Of a stretch of 55,548 nucleotides of DNA, positions 46,301 through 54,954 are shown piece after piece. The position numbers and the translations under genes were made by a program. The stretch is from positions 1 through 55,548 of IMG/VR virus record IMGVR_UViG_3300021963_000157, one strand, 5' to 3'. How positions within the stretch are numbered: position 1 is the first letter of the stretch; every line of letters starts with the position of its first letter. The notes beneath the pieces are model-generated. The model was given only the letters and a program-made list of their open reading frames with translations. It had not been told where the DNA came from and did no database searches. Source of the stretch: a virus. Lineage: Duplodnaviria; Caudoviricetes.

Positions 46301-46688
46301 TAATGGCGTTGGTCTAGTAAACTATGGTCAAAAAACCCTAAGTACTGGATCATCAGCACTAGACAGAATTAACGTAGCACGTTTGGTAATTTATCTACGC
46401 AGCCAGTTAAGCAAATTAGCTAAACCGTTTGTGTTTGAACCTAACGATAAACTTACAAGAGACGAAGTTAGACAGGCAGTAGAAAGTCTATTGCTAGAGC
46501 TTGTAGGTCTACGTGCTATCTATGATTATGCTGTGGTCTGCGATGAAACAAATAACACTCCAGCAAGGATTGATCGAAATGAACTATATGTAGATATCGC
46601 AATTGAACCAGTAAAAGCGATTGAATTTATTTACATCCCATTAAGATTGAAAAATACAGGGGAGATAGCAGCATCGAGAGCATCTTAA
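43329..46688 (+). CDS. gp18: Tail sheath protein (T4 gp18-like, 1119 aa, with a large central insertion)
   Basis: MAL.SPGVEVTVIDES start, FG.P, PWFAPAG.RRG, RD.L....VNP, GQKT, SALDRINVARL, FEPND..TR, VCDETNNTP.RIDRNEL and IEP.KA.EFI motifs. Confidence 0.95.
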   Translation: MALNSPGVEVTVIDESFYTPAESSTTPLIVIATAENKANASGTGTAQGTLATNAGKVYKVSSQRELVDFFGTPTFRRTISGSPIHGDERNEYGLQTAYSFLGSANSAYVVRAAVNLDDLTAKSEIPGSEATSGQWWLDTQSTNWGIFEWDSAPAGLAGQKFNNKVPVVITAEDTESLNGTQPASGVGRVGDYAVVTASDVIRVYYKGKDYTTVGEPVSWELLGTKEWRKFWPSFTAEVDGHSSKTSSSTFIINGVQINVPAYTTVGGMVTLINNALIQGVRAATVNGFVTLYITDATDDMVGDSTGSNALVLEDGSATVLSLFGVAAGTYYGPELSMSPHTQVPQWKSNAAISRPSGSIWVKTTDPNLGARWRVKRWNSSSKSWLEVAAPLSANAQGAIFGVNKTGGGVGIDKDTVYVQYNYTEDTGYDNTPQTASFKIFVRKIKGATSVTSDTIGAGTFSGSYTFSMRESLVNNASLSSAISITFTSAGTGADANTLRQAINNAGFVNVEATVLDGKITITHKLGGEIRIIDGDDLFTDAGFVEYNVTDATGTPNFYGSPSVSSDFDYVISNYMPLSGTSTGYVASSDAPLNDPADGQRWFNSLIDQTDIMIHNGSAWVGYRYSGSGGIATTASPVYANGTDPMGPIVNSVRPLLQSDGTALVTGDLWIDASDLENYPVIYKYQDGLTDQIANNWVLIDKSDSTSEDGIVFSDARWDLNGESKDPATILELLSSDFVDYDAPDPDLYPRGILLFNTRRSGFNIKKYVRNHVDTSTDNGRYGDESMIDYESARWVSDSGSDFGRKAQRQVVVEALKGLLNSNSEIREDEVRNFNLIATPGYPEVLQEMIALNIDRGTTAFVVGDAPFRLLPDTNSLNNWGKNVNAATDNGDVGLVSSDAYAGVFYPAGLTSDNTGNTIMVPPSYMMLRTIALNDQVSYPWFAPAGIRRGGVTNATSVGYLESKTGQFKPVALTEGQRDTLANIRVNPLTFFNGVGLVNYGQKTLSTGSSALDRINVARLVIYLRSQLSKLAKPFVFEPNDKLTRDEVRQAVESLLLELVGLRAIYDYAVVCDETNNTPARIDRNELYVDIAIEPVKAIEFIYIPLRLKNTGEIAASRAS

Positions 46689-46691
46689 TGT

Positions 46692-46713
46692 TTGGGGGCG
46701 AAAAATCCCCCAA
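46692..46713 (+). other. Intergenic stem-loop without a U-tract (weak terminator or mRNA stabiliser)
   Basis: TTGGGGG-CGAAAAAT-CCCCCAA directly after the sheath stop. Confidence 0.5.
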
Positions 46714-46723
46714 TCATAAGAGC

Positions 46724-46729
46724 TAAATA
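46724..46729 (+). promoter_or_regulatory. Putative late promoter (TAAATA) for the tail tube
   Basis: GCTAAATAAC, then a GGAG RBS and ATG 46752. Confidence 0.7.
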
Positions 46730-46751
46730 ACATTATCCGGAGCATAAGAAT

Positions 46752-47384
46752 ATGGCAATTTCAACACTATCAAAATTAACAGTACCTTTAGCAACAGACG
46801 CTTCGTCTAGTGCTCAGGGCTTGTTAATGCCCAAGCTAAAGTATAGATTTAGGGTAGTCTTACAAGGCTTCGGGGCAAATGGAACAGTAGCAACTGAATT
46901 AACAAAACAAGTAAATGACATTACTCGTCCTAAAGTAAACTTTGAAGAAATAGAACTTCCAATTTACAACTCAAGAGTATACCTAGCAGGTAGACACAAT
47001 TGGGAACCAGTAACATTAAACGTGAGAGATGATGCTACAGGATCTATTCAACGCCTGTGCGGTGAACAGATTCAGAAACAATTTGACTTTTTCGAACAAT
47101 CAGGAGCAGCATCTGCTCAAGACTATAAGTTCACTACTTTAATCGAATTATTAGATGGCGGTAATGGTGCTCAAACACCTAACGTTCTAGAAACATTTGA
47201 ATTGTACGGTTGTTTTGTACAAAACATCGATTATGGTGATTTAAACTATACATCAAACGAACCAGCAATGATCGCATTAGCAATCCGTTATGATAACGCT
47301 ATACAATACAAAGGTGGCGGTATTGACGGCATTGGTAGAAACATCGGTGCTAGAACTATTGGTACCCTGGCTACAGGAAGTTAA
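46752..47384 (+). CDS. gp19: Tail tube protein (T4 gp19-like)
   Basis: Follows the sheath gene. YRFRV, RP...F, AGR..W..VTL, L.GCF...(I/D)YGDL.Y and I.YD motifs. Confidence 0.8.
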   Translation: MAISTLSKLTVPLATDASSSAQGLLMPKLKYRFRVVLQGFGANGTVATELTKQVNDITRPKVNFEEIELPIYNSRVYLAGRHNWEPVTLNVRDDATGSIQRLCGEQIQKQFDFFEQSGAASAQDYKFTTLIELLDGGNGAQTPNVLETFELYGCFVQNIDYGDLNYTSNEPAMIALAIRYDNAIQYKGGGIDGIGRNIGARTIGTLATGS

Positions 47385-47401
47385 TATCACGCAATTAAAT
47401 C

Positions 47402-47427
47402 AAGCCCGGAATCCCCGGGCTTTTTTT
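47402..47427 (+). terminator. Intrinsic terminator
   Basis: AAGCCCGG-AATCC-CCGGGC followed by seven T. Confidence 0.85.
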
Positions 47428-47432
47428 ATCAC

Positions 47433-47438
47433 TAAATA
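47433..47438 (+). promoter_or_regulatory. Putative late promoter (TAAATA), 5 nt before ATG
   Basis: ACTAAATAATATTATG, with no SD. Confidence 0.7.
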
Positions 47439-47443
47439 ATATT

Positions 47444-48577
47444 ATGGCAGATAAATTCACACGATTCCTCCAAGGAGTGGGGCAAGGCATTACAAATCCC
47501 AAGGGAAATCTTGGCGATGCTCGTCACGCGGCTCGACTATATCTTGATAACGGAATGTCTCGAGCACCGAGAACCAAATTCCTGTATCACGTTCAGTTTA
47601 ACATAAACCAACCTGCTGTAATGTCATCCACGTATCTAAAAAATAATCAAAATGCCATCGACATGTTAGTAAAACAAGCCGATTTACCTAAAATTACTTT
47701 TGAGCACGAGGTTAAAAACCAATATAATAGAAAACGTATAATTTACAAAGAAATAAAATATGAACCGCTAAATCTTGTTTTTCATGACGATAACTTAGGG
47801 GTAATAAATGCTTTATGGGCTCAATACCTTTCTCATTATTCTAATGAAAGATATCTCCCTCCTACGTTTTGGACCCAGACAAAGGGCGGGGTATATGCTC
47901 CGGATCAAACCACAGGCGGCAAAGAGAAGGCCGACAGCAACATGGACGCAACAGGCAGAGCAGAAAGACAAATAGAAGCAGGACAAATCCGATATGGTCT
48001 TGACGTTGATAAAATAAATTTTACAAGACCATTCTTTGATTCAATTACTATATTTACGTTGAGTCGAAAAAAATTCAATTCTTATACCTTGATTAATCCT
48101 CATATAACAAGCTGGAATCACGGAAACGTGGATCAAGGATCTAATAACGGCACAATTGAAGCTACAATGAATATTGTTTATGAAACAGTTTTATATGGAA
48201 CAGGTTCTATTATCGCAGGATTACGGCCTCGAGGATTTGCTGAACTATATTATGATAAAACTCCTAGTCCTTTAACTATAGGTGGAGGCCAGATTTCTAG
48301 TATATTTGGTCCCGGCGGGTTAATTAACGCAGGGTCGCAAATTATTGAAGATGCTCCAAAAATATACGGAGATAACAACGTCCAGGGTGCTTTTTCTAGT
48401 ACAGACGGGTTGCAGGCTGCTATCAAAGCTATTAATTTTTATAAGAGTCTAGCATCTCTTCGGCCAGAAAATCTAGTCGCAGAAGCAACGAATATATTAC
48501 TAACGCCTACAGGGTTAGATAATGTTACCAGTGGATTGCCTGGTATATCATTCGGAACAAACAAGAGAGCAGAATGA
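47444..48577 (+). CDS. Tail-tube-fold baseplate/tube initiator-like protein (377 aa)
   Basis: PRTKFLYHV.F, VK..DLPK..F......QYNRK, Y.P....FHDD, Y.L.NP.I and YE motifs. Resembles a tube paralogue and lies next to the tube gene. Confidence 0.55.
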   Translation: MADKFTRFLQGVGQGITNPKGNLGDARHAARLYLDNGMSRAPRTKFLYHVQFNINQPAVMSSTYLKNNQNAIDMLVKQADLPKITFEHEVKNQYNRKRIIYKEIKYEPLNLVFHDDNLGVINALWAQYLSHYSNERYLPPTFWTQTKGGVYAPDQTTGGKEKADSNMDATGRAERQIEAGQIRYGLDVDKINFTRPFFDSITIFTLSRKKFNSYTLINPHITSWNHGNVDQGSNNGTIEATMNIVYETVLYGTGSIIAGLRPRGFAELYYDKTPSPLTIGGGQISSIFGPGGLINAGSQIIEDAPKIYGDNNVQGAFSSTDGLQAAIKAINFYKSLASLRPENLVAEATNILLTPTGLDNVTSGLPGISFGTNKRAE

Positions 48578-48951
48578 ATAGTGTCTTAACTAACTTACCA
48601 ACTACGCAATCTAGCGATAGTGCCGATAGAAGCAGAGTCTATCTGAATAATTTTGGACAGCGAGGAGAAGAATATCTCGGTAGTGATGTAGATGCTACTA
48701 TAGGTTTTTTAACTAGCAAAGGATTTGGTCTCGAAGCAGCCACAGTTACAGCTATGGTGCTTTTACAACAGGCTAAAAAAGACGGATTCCCTGTATTTCA
48801 ATTATTAAAAACTTTAGATTCTTTGAAACAGTTAGAACTTACAGGATTAGTGGCTGAGATATTAAATCAAAATCGTAGCCAAACATCGAGATTGGGTTTT
48901 AGGACAGTGATTACTGCTAATCAACTCAAACTTAGAAACATTAGAGCGTAA
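48574..48951 (+). CDS. Hypothetical protein (125 aa)
   Basis: ATGA and TAATG coupling to both neighbours. Confidence 0.6.
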   Translation: MNSVLTNLPTTQSSDSADRSRVYLNNFGQRGEEYLGSDVDATIGFLTSKGFGLEAATVTAMVLLQQAKKDGFPVFQLLKTLDSLKQLELTGLVAEILNQNRSQTSRLGFRTVITANQLKLRNIRA

Positions 48952-49391
48952 TGGTTAAATTTGCTCAAGGTAAATTTGAAATGAAAAATCCCGACAAATA
49001 TATCGGGAAGAAAACACCGCTGGCTCGCAGCAGTTGGGAATTTGTTTTCATGCGTATGCTAGACGAGCACCCGGGAGTGGAAAATTGGGCATCAGAAAGT
49101 ATCCAGATTCCTTATAGAGACCCGCTAACAGGCAAATATACAATATATGTGCCTGATTTTTTTATTGTTTACAATGACAAAGGCGGAAAAAAACACGCAG
49201 AACTAGTAGAAGTAAAACCCAGCAATCATACTTTTTTAGAAAAAGTAGGAAAGAGCAGATACAATCAAGAACAATACGTAAAAAATCTTGCTAAATGGGA
49301 AGCTGCTACTGCTTGGTGTAAGCAACAGGGAATTCGTTTTAGGGTAGTCAACGAAGACGATATTTTCCACAAAGGTTCAAAACGCAGATAA
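48951..49391 (+). CDS. gp4: Head completion protein (T4 gp4-like, TnsA-type nuclease fold)
   Basis: G.F...NP.KY.G, RSSWE..FM...D, W.SE...IPY, Y.PDF, VEVKP and N.AKWEAA..WC......F.V..E motifs. Confidence 0.88.
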   Translation: MVKFAQGKFEMKNPDKYIGKKTPLARSSWEFVFMRMLDEHPGVENWASESIQIPYRDPLTGKYTIYVPDFFIVYNDKGGKKHAELVEVKPSNHTFLEKVGKSRYNQEQYVKNLAKWEAATAWCKQQGIRFRVVNEDDIFHKGSKRR

Positions 49392-49398
49392 GTATAGT

Positions 49399-49881
49399 AT
49401 GACGAAAAAACTCGAAGAACTGTTTAACTTAGAAGATACTAGAGCTGTTGAGGCTAAAGTTCCTGTGATTGAAGAATCTAAAGAAGAAGTTCGTGATCTG
49501 GAAAGAAGTTATCGCGAAGTAGATGCTATAGCAGGACGCTTGCCAGATATAGCAGATTTAGAAAACCTAGGCGAAAACGAATTAGACGCATTGGCTAAAA
49601 AAGCTGAAGATGCCTACGATGATCTAATGGATCTAGGTATGAACGTGGAAGTACGCTACAGCGGACGTATTTTTGAAGTAGCAGGTACTATGCTAAGAAA
49701 TGCTATAGATGCTAAATCAGCAAAGATTGATAAGAAATTAAAAGCTATAGATGCTAAGTTAAAAAAACTTAAAATTGACAAAGATGCTGGAGATGATGAT
49801 TCTAATAACATGCTCAGCGGCCAGGCGTTTGTAATAACTGATCGCAACGAATTGTTGAAAAAACTCCAGGGAAAGGAATAA
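49399..49881 (+). CDS. Probable terminase small subunit (gp16-like), 160 aa
   Basis: Helical protein with RIFEVAGTML (compare the R.YEV...L helix of T4-like small terminases) and C-terminal DRNELLK. Lies upstream of the large subunit, with TAAGTA 4 nt before its ATG. Confidence 0.5.
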   Translation: MTKKLEELFNLEDTRAVEAKVPVIEESKEEVRDLERSYREVDAIAGRLPDIADLENLGENELDALAKKAEDAYDDLMDLGMNVEVRYSGRIFEVAGTMLRNAIDAKSAKIDKKLKAIDAKLKKLKIDKDAGDDDSNNMLSGQAFVITDRNELLKKLQGKE

Positions 49882-49884
49882 ATA
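49879..49884 (+). promoter_or_regulatory. Putative late promoter (TAAATA) overlapping a stop, 5 nt before ATG
   Basis: GAA TAA ATA CTGAT ATG. Confidence 0.65.
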
Positions 49885-49889
49885 CTGAT

Positions 49890-50453
49890 ATGAAAACATT
49901 CAAAGAATATCTATCTGAAAGCAAAAAAACCTATGGTTTTAGGATCAAGGTTGCTGGCCCGTTGCCTGAGGGTTTTGAAGATAAGGCTAAATCTAAAATG
50001 GGCAAGTATGGCTGCGGAAAGTTTGAAAAAGTAGCTAGTACACCTATACAAAAAACAGCTCTAGAATTTCTAGATCTATCTAATATAGAAGTCACAGTGT
50101 TTGAATGTGAATGTTCATATCCAGTAACACCACAACAAGTACAGATTGATGTACACGAATCAACTGGTATTTCTAACACACACCTACGTGTAAGAAATGT
50201 TAATGATCCGTTTGAACAAGCAGAGCCAGTCGAAGGTCCTAGCGGCAAAGCCTTGTTAAACGACAGCGAATTAAAAGACGCTGAAAAAATCAAACACAAA
50301 GAAAATTTTGGTAACGAATTCACAGCAGCTTTCTTAAAAGATATTGCTAAAGTCAGCAAAGAAAGAACTAAAGAAAACAACCAGGGCGAATATAAAATGC
50401 CCAAAGCACCTAAACAAGATAAAGCAGGCACTAAAAGTGCCCTAGGGAGTTAA
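49890..50453 (+). CDS. Hypothetical protein (187 aa) with a capsid-targeting-like N-terminus
   Basis: Begins MKTFKEYLSE; sits in the late gene context. Confidence 0.55.
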   Translation: MKTFKEYLSESKKTYGFRIKVAGPLPEGFEDKAKSKMGKYGCGKFEKVASTPIQKTALEFLDLSNIEVTVFECECSYPVTPQQVQIDVHESTGISNTHLRVRNVNDPFEQAEPVEGPSGKALLNDSELKDAEKIKHKENFGNEFTAAFLKDIAKVSKERTKENNQGEYKMPKAPKQDKAGTKSALGS

Positions 50454-50454
50454 T

Positions 50455-51000
50455 ATGGATTTTAAAGCTATACTAGAAAAGATGGCTGAGCTAAATGCTA
50501 GCGAGGTATCAGAGGAGTGTGGCATGCCTATGTCAACTCCGCCAACGACACCGCCAACTGCTCCACCGTCAATGAGTATCAATCTCAATGCTCAAGGCAT
50601 GGACAACATCGAATCATTAATGAAGTTGATTACCAAAGTGAACCCTAGCATGGGATCACCTATGGGAGTCGATGTCAGCGATCCGACTCTACCTATGGTT
50701 AAAACAGAACCATCAATGGCATCATTGAGAGATAAACTATTACCAAAACCGCCTGCGTTAGCTGATAACGACATTGATCCGATGGATAATATGAGTGGGG
50801 AAGAAGAATCATTTGCTAACACACCAGATGGCGGAGCAGATCCAGAGATTAAACCTATGAGTGCTGCTATACCAAACGGAGATGATCTAAATCGCAAGAA
50901 ACGTCAGTTTCCTGCTACACAGCCCGGCGACAATCCTATGGCTGTAGAAAATATCAAAGCACAACTAGAAGCATTGTTGGCAGAAATCAAATCTAAATAA
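50455..51000 (+). CDS. Hypothetical Pro/Met-rich low-complexity protein (181 aa), possible prohead core protein
   Basis: GGGAG RBS. Amphipathic helices at both termini with a disordered-looking middle. Confidence 0.55.
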   Translation: MDFKAILEKMAELNASEVSEECGMPMSTPPTTPPTAPPSMSINLNAQGMDNIESLMKLITKVNPSMGSPMGVDVSDPTLPMVKTEPSMASLRDKLLPKPPALADNDIDPMDNMSGEEESFANTPDGGADPEIKPMSAAIPNGDDLNRKKRQFPATQPGDNPMAVENIKAQLEALLAEIKSK

Positions 51001-51014
51001 ACAATCATAAAACC

Positions 51015-51042
51015 AAATAGGCTCTTCGGAGCCTATTTTTTT
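51015..51042 (+). terminator. Intrinsic terminator with a cUUCGg tetraloop
   Basis: AAATAGGCTC-TTCG-GAGCCTATTTTTTT. Confidence 0.9.
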
Positions 51043-51045
51043 CAT

Positions 51046-51051
51046 TAAATA
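51046..51051 (+). promoter_or_regulatory. Putative late promoter (TAAATA), 5 nt before the terminase ATG
   Basis: CATTAAATAGTTGTATG immediately after the terminator, with no SD. Confidence 0.7.
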
Positions 51052-51056
51052 GTTGT

Positions 51057-52643
51057 ATGGCAAAATCACTCGACGGTAATCTGATCAAGAAAGCACATGC
51101 CCAGATCAAGTATACTTTAGAAGAAGTAAAGCATCTAGAAGCATGTATGGATCCTATAACAGGACCGTTGTATTTCTGTAGAAATTTTTTAAAGATACAG
51201 CATCCTGTTCGTGGAAGTATTCCGTTTGAGCCCTATGAATATCAAGAAAGATTAATACAGGCCTATCACGAAAACAAGCAATGTATAGCTATGTTACCTC
51301 GCCAGATGGGTAAGACTACTTGTGCTACAGGTTATCTATTATGGTACACGATGTTCGTACCCGAAGCACAGGTTTTGATCGCTGCTCACAAATATGAGGG
51401 TGCTCAAGACATCATGAATCGTTATCGATATGGATATGAAAATTTACCTGATTTTATCCGTGCTGGCGTATATTCTTATAACAGGAATACTATTGAATAC
51501 GATAATGGTGCTCGTATCCAAGCAACCACAACTACTGAAAATACAGGCCGTGGTAAGTCGCTATCCTTAATTTACTGTGATGAGTTTGCGTTTGTACAAC
51601 CACCAGAAAAGGCCAAAGAATTCTGGACTGCCCTATCACCAACATTGTCCACAGGTGGTAAGTGTATTATTACTTCAACACCAAACTCAGACGAAGATCA
51701 GTTTGCGTTAATCTGGACCGAAGCTAACAAAAAGTTTGATGAGTTCGGCAATGAACAAAAATTAGGTGCTAACGGATTCTGTTCATACTTCGCACACTGG
51801 GCAGAACATCCAGACCGCGATGAAGAGTGGGCCAAAGTAGAACGTGCCAAGATCGGTGACGAACGTTTCCGTAGAGAATTTGATTGTGAATTCTTAATCT
51901 TTGATGAAACACTAATCAACGCAGTAAAATTAGCAGAACTCAAAGGTGTTGATCCTGTAATGACTATGGGACAAACACGCTGGTATAAAGAAATTAATCC
52001 ACAGGCTACGTATCTAGTAGCACTTGATCCTAGCCTAGGTACCGGCGGTGACTATGGTGCTATACAAGTTTACGAAATGCCTTCAATGGAACAAGTAGCA
52101 GAGTGGCATCACAATCTAACGCCTATCCAATCGCAAGTAAAGCACATGAGAGAAATATTAAGATATATTGCCGAACGTGCTATGGAATTAGGCGGTCAGC
52201 CACAAATATATTACAGTGTTGAAAATAACACATTAGGCGAAGCAGCGTTAATAACAATCAATGATATAGGCGAAGAAAACTTTCCGGGACTATTTTTAAG
52301 CGAACCTATACGAAAAGGACATGTACGTAAATTCCGAAAAGGATTTAACACTACACATAGATCTAAAGTAACGGCTTGTAGCCAGCTTAAAAATATGCTA
52401 GAAACCTATAAGATGAAGATAAACAGTAAACCGCTGATTTCTGAATTAAAAACATTTGTAGCACACGGAGTAGGATTTGGTGCTAAAACAGGCGAACATG
52501 ACGACCTAGTATCGTCTACCCTATTAATCATACGGATGGCCGGCATTTTAGCTGATTGGGATCCGCACATCTATGAAAAAATGACGGAAAGGTTATCTGA
52601 AGAACAGTTACCTATGCCCATTTATGTAAGTTCTATATATTAA
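51057..52643 (+). CDS. gp17: Terminase large subunit (T4 gp17-like)
   Basis: YEYQ adenine-binding motif, PRQMGKT (Walker A), LIYCDEFAF (Walker B), ITSTPN, FRREF, ALDPS, VENN and HDDLV nuclease motifs. Confidence 0.95.
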   Translation: MAKSLDGNLIKKAHAQIKYTLEEVKHLEACMDPITGPLYFCRNFLKIQHPVRGSIPFEPYEYQERLIQAYHENKQCIAMLPRQMGKTTCATGYLLWYTMFVPEAQVLIAAHKYEGAQDIMNRYRYGYENLPDFIRAGVYSYNRNTIEYDNGARIQATTTTENTGRGKSLSLIYCDEFAFVQPPEKAKEFWTALSPTLSTGGKCIITSTPNSDEDQFALIWTEANKKFDEFGNEQKLGANGFCSYFAHWAEHPDRDEEWAKVERAKIGDERFRREFDCEFLIFDETLINAVKLAELKGVDPVMTMGQTRWYKEINPQATYLVALDPSLGTGGDYGAIQVYEMPSMEQVAEWHHNLTPIQSQVKHMREILRYIAERAMELGGQPQIYYSVENNTLGEAALITINDIGEENFPGLFLSEPIRKGHVRKFRKGFNTTHRSKVTACSQLKNMLETYKMKINSKPLISELKTFVAHGVGFGAKTGEHDDLVSSTLLIIRMAGILADWDPHIYEKMTERLSEEQLPMPIYVSSIY

Positions 52644-52645
52644 GA

Positions 52646-52651
52646 TAAATA
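52646..52651 (+). promoter_or_regulatory. Putative late promoter (TAAATA), 5 nt before ATG
   Basis: GATAAATATAAACATG, with no SD. Confidence 0.7.
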
Positions 52652-52656
52652 TAAAC

Positions 52657-54792
52657 ATGGAAGATAATATCAAAAGCGTAAGCACTGACCTTTTTTATAA
52701 GATTAGAAGCCGTTTTTCTGGCCTAAAATTAGGTTCTGAATTAGGCGAAATTACCATCAACCCAGAAGATGCGGTATTCTTTGACTTTGATTACATGGAG
52801 GGAGAAAACCCTATAGGGCATGTAAGTATCAGTTTAGCCGAACCTGGAAATATGAAAGTCTATTATAGTACAGGCATTACTGAAAATATGGATGCTGTAC
52901 AAAAAGATGGTTGGTACGATTTTCTAAGAGGTCTTAGAGAGTTTGCCAAGCGTCGATTGATGAGCTTTGATACACGCGATATTACCAAAGATAATTTAGA
53001 TCAAAGAGACTTTAGTTTCTTGAGTCAATATGCAAATAATACACCTGTCGGAGAGGGAGTTATGAAAGAAGGAATGTACGGTACTGCTAAAACCAGCTAC
53101 CAAAAATTAGAAAACACACGTTTGATCATCAAGCATGATCAACAGGTAGATGAAACTAGTCCCGGTGCTAGAACTAGACACATCAATGCCATGTTCATCG
53201 AAAACGGCCAAGGTGAGCGATTTAAATATCCGTTCATCCATTTGGCAGGTGCTCGTGCTATGCAAAGACACGTACAAGAAGGCGGATTGCCGTATGATGA
53301 TATTGGTAAACATATCATTGGTATCAGCGAAAAAATAGCACACCTAAAGAATTTTGGAAATTATGTAGTACGTAACGATCTTATGAACTCCGAAACTAAT
53401 GAGATTGTTGGTCGTGCCCATGAGACACTAGACGGTCTTAGAGAAACAATTAAGAAACTAGCTAAAAGAACACATTACGAGCAATTCAAGGCACAGTTCC
53501 AGGCAGAACAAGTAACAGAGGTTCCAGAAGAGTTCATCGAAGATCTAACAAATAAGTTTACAGTAAAGAATTTCAAAGAAGATATCAAGGCCGCATTCCC
53601 TATCATCTATAGCCTAATGCAGACCAAAGAAGATATACACTATGACGACATAGTCGCGATGACACAATCAACTAACGAAGAAGTAGAACTCGACCTCGAC
53701 AGCGTAGAAGAATTTAATGACCCGTTTTCAAAATTTGAAGATTGGGCTATGAATCTAGGCGAAGATAATGCTATTACCAGTCAAGACGAAGAAGAAAAGG
53801 CAGCGGCTGTTGAGAAACTACAGTCATTGGTGGGAGAACATTTCCCAGCAGGTGTAGATGGACAAAACGCTATCAGCAGCCTTAAAGGCATAATTGATGA
53901 TCCAGAATTAGCACGTGAAATTAAAGATACTGCCCAAGAGGACGCAGACACCTGTGTGCGTCCATTGGTGTATCAATGGTTAGAAAACAATGCTCCTGAC
54001 GTAGTTGGAGAATTAGATTTTGGCGATATGGATATGCCTGCCCAAGAAGGTGTTCAAGAAGGCTTTGGTTCTTTAGAAGAAAAAGTTGCAGAAATTCTAA
54101 GGAAGTTTGACGAAAACATGAACGAGATCGGCGGCTACGGTGATCCAGACCAAGGTAAGATTGTTGACCTATTAAGACAAGGTGACGTAGAAGGTGCTAC
54201 AGAAGTAGTGTGGTACGCTTATGCTGATCAAGACGGTGGCGAACTTAGAGATATGGACAATTACATTGAAGATATCGAAGCAGAGTTCGCAGAGCTTGCC
54301 CAAGGTGGTGACGACGAAGGCGGCGAAACTGATGATAGTTATGCTCTAGCATCAGCCGGTCATGGTTCAGACGAAGACTATGGAGATTTTGGCAACGAGT
54401 ACGAAGCTGCTGATCCTAATGACCCAGAATACGACAAACAAGACGACTACGATCTTTCACCAGCACAACGTGGCAAGGGCACAGACAAATATCGTTTACC
54501 TGATCCAGCAAAACATGATGATCGCCATGCTCGAGATTTCCGCAAGCGTACGGGTCAAGAGGAATCTTTGAATATACAAGAATTAGCTGAATTTATGTAT
54601 AGTTGCTACGACAGCCCGTCTGAAACTTTTCCAAAAGGTCCAGAGGCTGTGGTAATAATGGCAGGCAAAAAATACGGCCCAAAGGCAGAACAAGTAGCTC
54701 GACAGTTTGTAGAGCGTATGGCACCTAATCAAAACACACAAGTACCACAAGTTAATGAACTAGCAAGAATTAAAGAATTATCTGGACTATAA
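52657..54792 (+). CDS. Hypothetical acidic protein (711 aa), probably head-associated
   Basis: Globular-looking N-terminal half (GERFKYPFIHLAGARAMQRHV..GG.PYD), D/E-rich C-terminal half, ending ELARIKELSGL. Confidence 0.6.
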   Translation: MEDNIKSVSTDLFYKIRSRFSGLKLGSELGEITINPEDAVFFDFDYMEGENPIGHVSISLAEPGNMKVYYSTGITENMDAVQKDGWYDFLRGLREFAKRRLMSFDTRDITKDNLDQRDFSFLSQYANNTPVGEGVMKEGMYGTAKTSYQKLENTRLIIKHDQQVDETSPGARTRHINAMFIENGQGERFKYPFIHLAGARAMQRHVQEGGLPYDDIGKHIIGISEKIAHLKNFGNYVVRNDLMNSETNEIVGRAHETLDGLRETIKKLAKRTHYEQFKAQFQAEQVTEVPEEFIEDLTNKFTVKNFKEDIKAAFPIIYSLMQTKEDIHYDDIVAMTQSTNEEVELDLDSVEEFNDPFSKFEDWAMNLGEDNAITSQDEEEKAAAVEKLQSLVGEHFPAGVDGQNAISSLKGIIDDPELAREIKDTAQEDADTCVRPLVYQWLENNAPDVVGELDFGDMDMPAQEGVQEGFGSLEEKVAEILRKFDENMNEIGGYGDPDQGKIVDLLRQGDVEGATEVVWYAYADQDGGELRDMDNYIEDIEAEFAELAQGGDDEGGETDDSYALASAGHGSDEDYGDFGNEYEAADPNDPEYDKQDDYDLSPAQRGKGTDKYRLPDPAKHDDRHARDFRKRTGQEESLNIQELAEFMYSCYDSPSETFPKGPEAVVIMAGKKYGPKAEQVARQFVERMAPNQNTQVPQVNELARIKELSGL

Positions 54793-54812
54793 TTATATTT
54801 TAGATTGAGATC

Positions 54813-54836
54813 GGGCACTTCGGTGCCCTTTCTTTT
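54813..54836 (+). terminator. Intrinsic terminator with a cUUCGg tetraloop
   Basis: GGGCAC-TTCG-GTGCCC-TTTCTTTT. Confidence 0.85.
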
Positions 54837-54954
54837 GATCAGTTTTACCATTTGCTATCAATCTTACCATTTCACGTTTACCGTTATGTATTTTAAAGCG
54901 TTATATATACAGTTGCTGAGTATTTCAGCAACAAAACAAAATGGAGATTTTCAT

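Noticed and set aside
50994-50999. TAAATA at the end of the 181-aa gene
   Set aside because: It is formed by the codons TCT AAA TAA and is followed directly by a strong terminator, so it is unlikely to be a productive promoter.
51057-52643. Intein or intron in the terminase
   Set aside because: The 528-aa ORF is continuous with normally spaced ATPase and nuclease motifs, and no splicing motifs are visible.
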